NCBI GenBank assembly: GCA_964360965.1
Contig: CAYHYM010000014.1
Location: forward strand, 1-11,904
From: an uncultured Gammaproteobacteria bacterium
Lineage (GTDB): Bacteria > Patescibacteriota > Microgenomatia > Daviesbacterales > UBA10151
Direction of reading: 5' to 3'
DNA: 11,904 nt
Made by a program: the position numbers and the translations under genes. Within the stretch, counting starts at the first letter, position 1. Every line of letters begins with the position of its first letter. Of the stretch, positions 6,787 through 11,904 are shown piece by piece. Below the pieces are notes generated by a model. That model made no database searches. It was not told where the DNA came from and worked only from the letters and a program-made list of their open reading frames with translations.

Positions 6787-7491
6787 TCAGTAGCCTGAAA
6801 AATTTTCAGTGATGATATTTTTATCCTCTACTCCGGTTTTTTTAATCTCCTCATAAACTTGCTCAACCATCCCGGGAGGCCCGGCCACCATAAAAGTATA
6901 TAAGTTAGGCTCTTTTAAATACTGATTAATAAACCCTGCATCCACCATTCTTTTCTCTTCCTGCCATTGCGGATCCTCTGTCATGGTCAGGATCAGTTTA
7001 AAGTTTGAGAGTTCGTTGTTAAGTTGTTTTAGCTCATTTAAAAAGGCGGTGGATACTTGATCTCTATTAGAATAAATTAGGGTAATGTTATATGGCAGAT
7101 TCTCATGATATACATATTGGATCATGCTCATAAAAGGGGTAATACCAATTCCCCCGGCAATAAATACCAAGGGTTTGAAGGGATCTTCAGGTAATGTGAA
7201 ATGTCCGTCTATCTTGCCTATCTCAACCTCAGTACCTGGCGGTAATTGTTGCAGGGATTTTTTAAAAGCAGACTCCCGCAGTCTGGTTGCCATTACCAGA
7301 GTATTTTTGATCCCTGGTGTATTGACAATGGAAAAATGTCTGGTTGGTCCTCTGGCATCAGAGAAGGGAGGGTTTATCAAAGTGATATAAAAATACTGTC
7401 CAGGTTGAAATTCAGCAACCTTTTCAAGTTCAAATTCAACCAGTAAAGTGCCCTGGGCTATTTTTTTTATCTTTTGTATCATTGCCTTCAT
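6787..7491 (-). CDS. Ferredoxin-NADP reductase-like FAD/NAD(P)-binding oxidoreductase
   Basis: RHFSIVNTP matches the RxYS-type FAD motif. FIAGGIGITPFMSM is the GGxGxxP NAD(P) motif. The C-terminal MVAGPPGMV is also present. The ~230 aa two-domain size is typical. Confidence 0.8.
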   Translation of the reverse strand: MKAMIQKIKKIAQGTLLVEFELEKVAEFQPGQYFYITLINPPFSDARGPTRHFSIVNTPGIKNTLVMATRLRESAFKKSLQQLPPGTEVEIGKIDGHFTLPEDPFKPLVFIAGGIGITPFMSMIQYVYHENLPYNITLIYSNRDQVSTAFLNELKQLNNELSNFKLILTMTEDPQWQEEKRMVDAGFINQYLKEPNLYTFMVAGPPGMVEQVYEEIKKTGVEDKNIITENFSGY

Positions 7492-8078
7492 TTGCTGCTA
7501 TTTTTAAGTGGCTCCAGGATATCCGGGAAATCAACTTTTAATTTATCCACCAGCTTTGAATATAAAGAGGTATTAGCTTTTTGCATTTGCTCAACCAGGG
7601 ACCTTTCAATATAACTGGTATTGATCCGCTCCAGCATTTCCTCCAGCTCAGGATCTTTTTCTTTAATACCCATCTTATTTCTTATTTCCGCCAAAAGCTT
7701 TAAGGCTTTGGTGATTTCCTCCTCTGCGATTAAATTAACCTGCATGTGTAGTTCCTCTCTGATGGAGGAAATATATGACTGCCTGTTTTGGGAAACCAGA
7801 ATGATTATAGCTAAAACAATGGCCTCCAAAGAGACCATCATGGTCAACAGCCCAAAGGGAAAAGGGTCAAATGGTAAAATTCCCGGCACCTGGCCGGTAT
7901 TTATCAGGACCCAGGTGATAAACCAGACCACATTTAAAACTAAAAAAGCGCTGGAACCAAAAGCGCCGGTTAAATCATCGGAAATTTGGGTAAAAAAAGA
8001 CCTGTGGCGTAAGGCTTGAGCCTCAAAAGATCTGTAAAACTGGCGCCGTCTTTCACGTCTGTCCGAAATACTGGCCAT
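7488..8078 (-). CDS. DUF1003-family membrane protein
   Basis: It has two TM segments plus FDPFPFGLLTMMVSLEAIVLAIIILVSQNRQ, the signature I associate with DUF1003. A coiled-coil-like tail follows. Its TGA overlaps the ATG of the FNR-like gene (ATGA at 7488-7491). Confidence 0.7.
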   Translation of the reverse strand: MASISDRRERRRQFYRSFEAQALRHRSFFTQISDDLTGAFGSSAFLVLNVVWFITWVLINTGQVPGILPFDPFPFGLLTMMVSLEAIVLAIIILVSQNRQSYISSIREELHMQVNLIAEEEITKALKLLAEIRNKMGIKEKDPELEEMLERINTSYIERSLVEQMQKANTSLYSKLVDKLKVDFPDILEPLKNSSK

Positions 8079-8140
8079 ACTTGCTTTAAGCTTAGCAGAG
8101 TATGAAAAACATATTCAAGAGGCAAAAAGGGGTTGCATGA

Positions 8141-8161
8141 TAATTTGCGCGCAATTTGCGT
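8141..8161 (+). repeat. Two phased copies of an AATTTGCG(C) motif, including the 10-bp palindrome TTGCGCGCAA (8145-8154)
   Basis: The sequence is TAATTTGCGC GCAATTTGCGT. The same motif occurs three times at 9251-9283. Both arrays are preceded by CATGAT. Confidence 0.6.
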
Positions 8162-8168
8162 TAGAATA

Positions 8169-8177
8169 TGGTATAAT
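8169..8177 (+). promoter_or_regulatory. Extended -10 promoter element TGgTATAAT for the Fic gene
   Basis: It is a perfect TGnTATAAT. The SD-like AAGGA lies at 8185-8189 and the ATG at 8194. This would give a very short leader. No good -35 is present, which is acceptable for an extended -10. Confidence 0.4.
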
Positions 8178-8193
8178 TACCAGTAAGGAAACC

Positions 8194-9249
8194 ATGTTTC
8201 AACCCAGATATAGCATCAATTCGAAAATTCTTTTTAATATTACCGAAATTGTAGAGATTAAGTCTGTGGTTGAAAGATCCCGGGTACTGCCTTTAAATGA
8301 AGCTCAACTAAGACGTCAGGCCATCTTAAGAATGGCTCATACATCAACCTCAATTGAGGGTAATAAGCTTGCTCAATTTGAGGTAGGAAAAGTGATTGAG
8401 GGAAAAACTGTCAGAGCTTCTGAGAAAGATATTTTGGAGGTGGAGAATTATTATAAGGCTCTGCAAAAATTAGAGTCAATTGCCAAATACAAACAACTTG
8501 TCACTTTAGATGAAATCTTAAACCTTCACAAGATGGTGATGTTGGGCCTTGCAGAAGATAACAAAGTAGGTAAATTTAGACCAGGCGATGTTTATGTACT
8601 ATATGACCTGGGTGGTGGTAGAGAGAAGCTTCGTTTTAAGGCACCATCCTCAAGGCAAGTGCCAAAGATGACAGCAGAACTTCTTAAATGGCTTAAAGAT
8701 TCAGCAAAAGAAATCCATCCTATCATAAGAGCTGGTATACTCCATCTTCAATTTGTCACCATTCACCCATTTACTGATGGTAATGGCAGGGTGGCCAGGC
8801 TGTTAACTCAACTGCTTTTATATCGGGACGGGTGGGATTTTAGAAAAATTATCGTGCTTGAGGATTACTATAACAGAGATAGAATGTCATATTATAATGC
8901 CGAACATGAGGTTCAAGGTTATCATTACCAAGAAGGCAAAGATTTTACACCATGGTTGGAGTATTTTACTGAAGGGTTTTTGGTGGAAGCGAGGAAAGCA
9001 TTGGAGCAAATACAAGCCATTGGTTTTGGTAAAGTCAGTAAAAAATCTGACCAAGTTTTCCTGGATAGAGATGCGATTCAGATCATGGACTTTTTAACCA
9101 CCATTGGTCAGATTACCTCAGATGATGTGGTAGATATCCTTAAAGTGGCCAAAAGAACAGCCCAGCTTAAGTTAAAGAAATTGGTAGATAAAGGTTTACT
9201 TACTCGACAGGGAAGTACTACGGCTACTTACTATATACTTAAATCATGA
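8194..9249 (+). CDS. Fic-domain protein (AMPylase-type) with an N-terminal inhibitory-helix motif and a probable C-terminal winged-helix domain
   Basis: The core motif HPFTDGNGRVAR matches HxFx(D/E)GNGRxxR. STSIEG matches the (S/T)xxxE(G/N) inhibitory motif. The C-terminal VAKRTAQLKLKKLVDKGLLTRQGSTTATYYILK looks like a wHTH. I prefer the ATG at 8194 (MFQPRYSINSKIL) over the track start at 8137, because the extra 19 residues are read from the repeat array and the promoter-like sequence. Confidence 0.85.
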   Translation: MFQPRYSINSKILFNITEIVEIKSVVERSRVLPLNEAQLRRQAILRMAHTSTSIEGNKLAQFEVGKVIEGKTVRASEKDILEVENYYKALQKLESIAKYKQLVTLDEILNLHKMVMLGLAEDNKVGKFRPGDVYVLYDLGGGREKLRFKAPSSRQVPKMTAELLKWLKDSAKEIHPIIRAGILHLQFVTIHPFTDGNGRVARLLTQLLLYRDGWDFRKIIVLEDYYNRDRMSYYNAEHEVQGYHYQEGKDFTPWLEYFTEGFLVEARKALEQIQAIGFGKVSKKSDQVFLDRDAIQIMDFLTTIGQITSDDVVDILKVAKRTAQLKLKKLVDKGLLTRQGSTTATYYILKS

Positions 9250-9250
9250 T

Positions 9251-9283
9251 GATTGCGCAAGATTTTGCGCGTAATTTGCGCAA
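9251..9283 (+). repeat. Three phased copies of the (A)ATT(T)TGCGC motif at a ~10-11 nt period
   Basis: The sequence is GATTGCGCAA GATTTTGCGC GTAATTTGCGCAA. The TTGCGCAA palindromes are at 9253-9260 and 9276-9283. The array starts 2 nt after the Fic stop and ends ~10 nt before the putative -35 of the RRM gene. Confidence 0.6.
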
Positions 9284-9293
9284 CCTTACCCCA

Positions 9294-9322
9294 TTGCTTT
9301 TTTAAATAGTGTATGTTATATT
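9294..9322 (+). promoter_or_regulatory. Putative sigma70-like promoter TTGCTT-17 nt-TATATT for the RRM gene
   Basis: The hexamers are at 9294-9299 and 9317-9322 with 17-nt spacing. Such matches are common in AT-rich DNA, so support is weak. Confidence 0.3.
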
Positions 9323-9362
9323 ATGATTATAGTGTGTAGAGTGTATTTAGTAAGTCTACTGT

Positions 9363-9405
9363 AATCACCTCACCTAAATTTAAAAAGAAAGTGAGGTGAT
9401 TTTTT
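9363..9405 (+). promoter_or_regulatory. Perfect 11-bp hairpin plus U-run. It could be an SD-sequestering leader structure, an intrinsic terminator/attenuator, or both.
   Basis: AATCACCTCAC (9363-9373) pairs with GTGAGGTGATT (9391-9401) across a 17-nt A-rich loop. TTTT follows, giving six consecutive T at 9400-9405. The 3' arm contains the only SD-like sequence (GAGGTGA) ahead of the RRM ORF. Confidence 0.6.
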
Positions 9406-9420
9406 ATAAATAATAAAAAG

Positions 9421-9666
9421 TTGTTTGTTGGCTCTCTTCCCTGGGAAGTTGATGATGCCAAATTGGCAGAAATGTTTTCTCAAGCAGGAACTGTAGTTTC
9501 AGCTCAAGTGGTCAAAGACAGAGACACCGGGAGATCCCGCGGTTTTGGTTTTGTGGAAATGTCAACTGAGGAAGAAGCAAACAATGCAGTCAAAAACCTA
9601 AATGGTACAGATGTTGACGGCAGAAAAATTGTGGTTAACATTGCCCGTGCCCGAGAAGACCGCTAA
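9421..9666 (+). CDS. Single-domain RRM RNA-binding protein
   Basis: RNP2 is LFVGSL, RNP1 is RGFGFVEM, and the ~80 aa length is typical of bacterial Rbp proteins. The track start is TTG 9421, which is 21 nt from the SD. The frame is open back to 9400, and an ATA at 9406 sits at normal SD spacing. The true start is therefore uncertain. Confidence 0.85.
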   Translation: MFVGSLPWEVDDAKLAEMFSQAGTVVSAQVVKDRDTGRSRGFGFVEMSTEEEANNAVKNLNGTDVDGRKIVVNIARAREDR

Positions 9667-10514
9667 AGTTTTGAGGCAAAAGTAGCAATATCCCAATCCC
9701 CTGAAACCTTAATTCGGGGCATATTAAAAATTGTCCCTTCTGACTGAATAGTGGAAGGCCAAGTTCCCAATCCCCCAACATAGCCTGCCTGTTGGGCGGT
9801 TTGCCAAACTTGGGTGTTTGAGAATCCGTAGGGATAGGCCACAAAGTTAACCGGAATGCCAAATCTTTGCTCAAGTTGCTTTTTGCTGTCAGCAAGTTCC
9901 AGCATCATCCGTTCTTTGGAAAGTTCGGTTAAGTTGACATGGCTGACAGAATGGGACTGGAAGGACAAAAGGCCGCTTTTTTGTATGATGGTCAGCTGTT
10001 CCCAACTTAAATAATACTTGGTACCCATGAGTCTCGTGGGAATAAAAGCCACAGCTCTAAACCCATATTTTTGCAGGATGGGAAAGGCGTTGTGGTACAA
10101 ATCCACATAACCATCTTCAAAACTGATCACCACCGGTTTGGTGGGAAGGCTTATTTGACCCAACAATGCAGCCATCATGGTATCCAAAGTGATTGGTTGA
10201 AAACCCTCTTTTCTTAAAAATTCCATCTGCTCGTCAAAATTTCGGGGAGAAACAGACAAAGCATCCCTTGCTTTATCATCAGGGTTGGGATTCCCCCCAA
10301 TATAATGGTATAGAAGTATAGGTACTTTTATTTGCCTGCCGGAAGGAACAGGTGTGGGTGTTTCAAGGGAAGGCATTGGTGTGGGATTTGAGGATTTATT
10401 ATTTTGGCCCAGGAGAGTGGGAGTTGGGTTATTACTGACAAAGTTATTACTAATGTATAAAACTGCTATCAGAATAAAACTTAAAAATAATAACACCTGC
10501 AAAATTTTATCCAT
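9663..10514 (-). CDS. NodB-homology polysaccharide deacetylase (CE4-like) with an N-terminal TM anchor and a Pro/Thr-rich linker
   Basis: VVISFEDGY is a TFDDG-type motif with E replacing the first D. HSVSH is the H(S/T)xxH motif. AYPYG is the RxPY-type motif. I prefer the ATG at 10514 (MDKILQVLLFLSFILIAVL) over the TTG at 10574, though the longer form is not excluded. Its stop overlaps the RRM stop convergently. Confidence 0.8.
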   Translation of the reverse strand: MDKILQVLLFLSFILIAVLYISNNFVSNNPTPTLLGQNNKSSNPTPMPSLETPTPVPSGRQIKVPILLYHYIGGNPNPDDKARDALSVSPRNFDEQMEFLRKEGFQPITLDTMMAALLGQISLPTKPVVISFEDGYVDLYHNAFPILQKYGFRAVAFIPTRLMGTKYYLSWEQLTIIQKSGLLSFQSHSVSHVNLTELSKERMMLELADSKKQLEQRFGIPVNFVAYPYGFSNTQVWQTAQQAGYVGGLGTWPSTIQSEGTIFNMPRIKVSGDWDIATFASKL

Positions 10515-10578
10515 AAAAAAATAGTCCCAATCCACGCCGCCGAATTTCGTGCCAACGAAGTTGGCGCGCCGCAACCTT

Positions 10579-11679
10579 CTAACCTGCCCAATACCAATTC
10601 ACAAATAATGTAACATTGAGCGCAAAAAGTAGCAAAGAACCAAAAGTATAAATTTTTTCAAAGTGATGGCTTTTGATAGTTGCGAGTGCTATGTACATCG
10701 GGAACAGGACTAAAATATAACGCCCGACTGACATAAAAGTTCCAGTGCTCAAAGCCACTCCAAGGGTCGCAAGAATATAAAGTCCATATGATACCCATTT
10801 TTGCTTGAACACGTGATAGGTGGTAATAAGAGCAAAAGCAGCAAATGCAATATCAAGGAAAAAATTTATCACTGCCGGATGAGAAAAGAATAGAAAATGG
10901 TCTTTGTTAAATTGGAACGCACGACCCCACGCGCTTTCCACTTTTAGAAAAAGAAGAAAATCCCCAAACGCGAAATAGTGGTAAAGAAAAAATAGAAAAG
11001 TGCCCAGAGGAATAAGAAGCAAAGGAAGAAATGATAAACTAAAAATTTTCCGTGTCCTGTGTCGTTTCCAAAATTCCCAAAGAACAGGAATAAATAACAA
11101 AATTCCTGTAACGCGCGTAAGCGCAGCGAGAATTCCGAAAAGTCCGGCAGCTCCGAAACGCCCCTTAAACGCATAGTAAAAAGTCAATAATGACAGAAGG
11201 AGAAAAAGAGATTCCGTATATACGGCGTTAAGGAAAAAAGCGGTAGGAAAAATCAACAAATAAAATATCGGCGTTTCGGGGTCTATAGTCGGATGAAATT
11301 CTTTAAGCAATTTATAAAAAACAATTACTCCGCCAATCAAGGCAAGAATACTTATAAACCAACTGGCAAAAACAAAATTACCAAAAAATAATGGTGAAAT
11401 TGTGCGAATTAAAAACGGGTAAAGTGGAAAGAAAACAATATTTGAAAGAGTGTTGCCCGGCGTCAGATGATAACCATTTTGCGCAATGTCAACATAAAAG
11501 AAAGAGTCCCAACGTGAATGAAGTGCAATTGGATTCCATGTTTGATCTTGAACTGTTTTTAGTGGATCAATCCAAGCGTAAGCAGTATCACCCTTCAAAT
11601 TAAATCTGTTCAATACTAACAAGGCAAAAATATTTGCTAACAATAACCAGAATAACAAAAAGAATATTATTTTTTTCAT
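10579..11679 (-). CDS. PIG-V-like (GPI mannosyltransferase 2 family) GT-C membrane glycosyltransferase
   Basis: It is a polytopic membrane protein. HSRWDSFFYVDIAQNGY....VFFPLYPFLIR matches the WDsxxYxxIAxxGY ... aFfPlyP pattern I associate with the PIG-V mannosyltransferase family. Confidence 0.6.
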   Translation of the reverse strand: MKKIIFFLLFWLLLANIFALLVLNRFNLKGDTAYAWIDPLKTVQDQTWNPIALHSRWDSFFYVDIAQNGYHLTPGNTLSNIVFFPLYPFLIRTISPLFFGNFVFASWFISILALIGGVIVFYKLLKEFHPTIDPETPIFYLLIFPTAFFLNAVYTESLFLLLSLLTFYYAFKGRFGAAGLFGILAALTRVTGILLFIPVLWEFWKRHRTRKIFSLSFLPLLLIPLGTFLFFLYHYFAFGDFLLFLKVESAWGRAFQFNKDHFLFFSHPAVINFFLDIAFAAFALITTYHVFKQKWVSYGLYILATLGVALSTGTFMSVGRYILVLFPMYIALATIKSHHFEKIYTFGSLLLFALNVTLFVNWYWAG

Positions 11680-11822
11680 AGTAATTCTTTAGGCGAAATA
11701 TTTATCGCTTTTGCTATTTTTTGAATAGTCAAAAGCGAAGGATTGCGCCTTCCTCGTTCTAAGTCGCTAATATATGACCGATGAACACCCAGAGTTCTCG
11801 CAATATCGCCTTGCGACAACGT
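11676..11822 (-). pseudogene. 5'-truncated XRE (Cro/C1-type) helix-turn-helix gene remnant
   Basis: Hand translation gives (T)LSQGDIARTLGVHRSYISDLERGRRNPSLLTIQKIAKAINISPKELL*. That covers helices 2-5 of an HTH_3 domain, but the usual first helix is missing. An in-frame TAG (complement of 11823-11825) closes the frame. Only a TTG (11819) could act as a start. The stop overlaps the PIG-V-like ATG (ATGA). Confidence 0.55.
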
Positions 11823-11828
11823 CTAACT

Positions 11829-11903
11829 TGGTCGGGGTGAGAGGAATTGAACCTCCTGCTTTCCGGTCCCAAACCGGACGTTCTACCGATGAACTACACC
11901 CCG
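11829..11903 (-). tRNA. trnP: tRNA-Pro, anticodon UGG, with encoded CCA
   Basis: The reverse complement is CGGGGTG TA GTTC ATCGGTA GAAC G TCCGG TTTGGGA CCGGA AAGCA GGAGG TTCAATT CCTCT CACCCCG A CCA. The acceptor stem is 7 bp, the D stem 4 bp and the anticodon stem 5 bp, with a UGG anticodon and G37. The T arm has a TTCAATT loop and one G-U pair. The total length is 75 nt. Confidence 0.9.
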
Positions 11904-11904
11904 T

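Noticed and set aside
7124-8019. Plus-strand track ORFs 7124..7390, 7246..7446 and 7621..8019
   Set aside because: They are antisense shadows of the FNR-like and DUF1003 genes. The S-rich and low-complexity products have no motifs.
8137-8193. Track start of the Fic ORF at ATG 8137 (MIICAQFALEYGIITSKET)
   Set aside because: These codons are read straight through the AATTTGCGC repeats and the TGgTATAAT element. Fic-family N-termini resemble the sequence starting at M20 (MFQPRYSINSKIL), which also has an AAGGA SD. The longer form is not strictly excluded.
8858-9097. Track ORF of 79 aa on the plus strand inside the Fic gene
   Set aside because: It is an alternative frame of a confidently assigned gene, and nothing supports it independently.
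9635-9895. Track ORF of 86 aa on the minus strand
   Set aside because: It is out of frame with and overlaps the NodB deacetylase C-terminus and the RRM 3' end, so it is a shadow ORF.
10944-11603. Track ORFs 10944..11174 (minus strand) and 11391..11603 (plus strand)
   Set aside because: Both fall inside the PIG-V-like membrane protein gene, in an alternative frame or antisense, and have implausible products.
1-11904. Recoded genetic code (UGA as Gly, as in some CPR lineages) and CRISPR arrays
   Set aside because: Several well-supported genes (Fic, DUF1003, the XRE remnant) end sensibly at TGA, and the domain-bearing ORFs have no internal TGA problem, so the standard code fits. No regularly spaced direct repeats of 24-40 nt with unique spacers were seen anywhere in the window.

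Overview
AT-rich bacterial window with compact, often overlapping genes. The gene content looks like an uncultivated Patescibacteria/CPR-like organism, which is an inference from content only. The standard genetic code fits. The window has four parts. (1) 1-4260 is an accessory mosaic. It starts with a minus-strand string: a 256-aa protein, a 60-aa protein, a SpoVG-fold protein and a filamentous-phage gene II-like rolling-circle Rep that runs off the left edge and is missing from the ORF track. Next come a 214-aa orphan ORF bracketed by direct repeats, a small GIY-YIG nuclease ORF enclosed by ~37-nt inverted repeats in a TCGA-rich block, and a 134-aa acidic orphan. (2) 4263-8078 holds envelope and redox genes: an SGNH/GDSL hydrolase divergent from an ArnT/PMT-like GT-C glycosyltransferase, and a DUF1003 membrane protein translationally coupled to an FNR-like flavoprotein. 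(3) 8137-9666 holds a Fic (AMPylase-type) protein with phased AATTTGCGC repeats at both ends, followed by a single-RRM RNA-binding protein. The RRM gene's Shine-Dalgarno lies in a perfect 11-bp hairpin whose other arm mimics the 16S anti-SD. (4) 9663-11904 holds a NodB-type polysaccharide deacetylase, then a CpG-richer block with a PIG-V-like mannosyltransferase and a 5'-truncated XRE HTH remnant that starts a few nt from the 3' end of tRNA-Pro(UGG). There is no CRISPR array and no rRNA. The best candidates for something new are the SpoVG-Rep module with its duplicated leader, the inverted-repeat GIY-YIG cassette, and the Fic/RRM regulatory architecture. All functional calls rest on motif recognition by eye and need HMM or structure searches.
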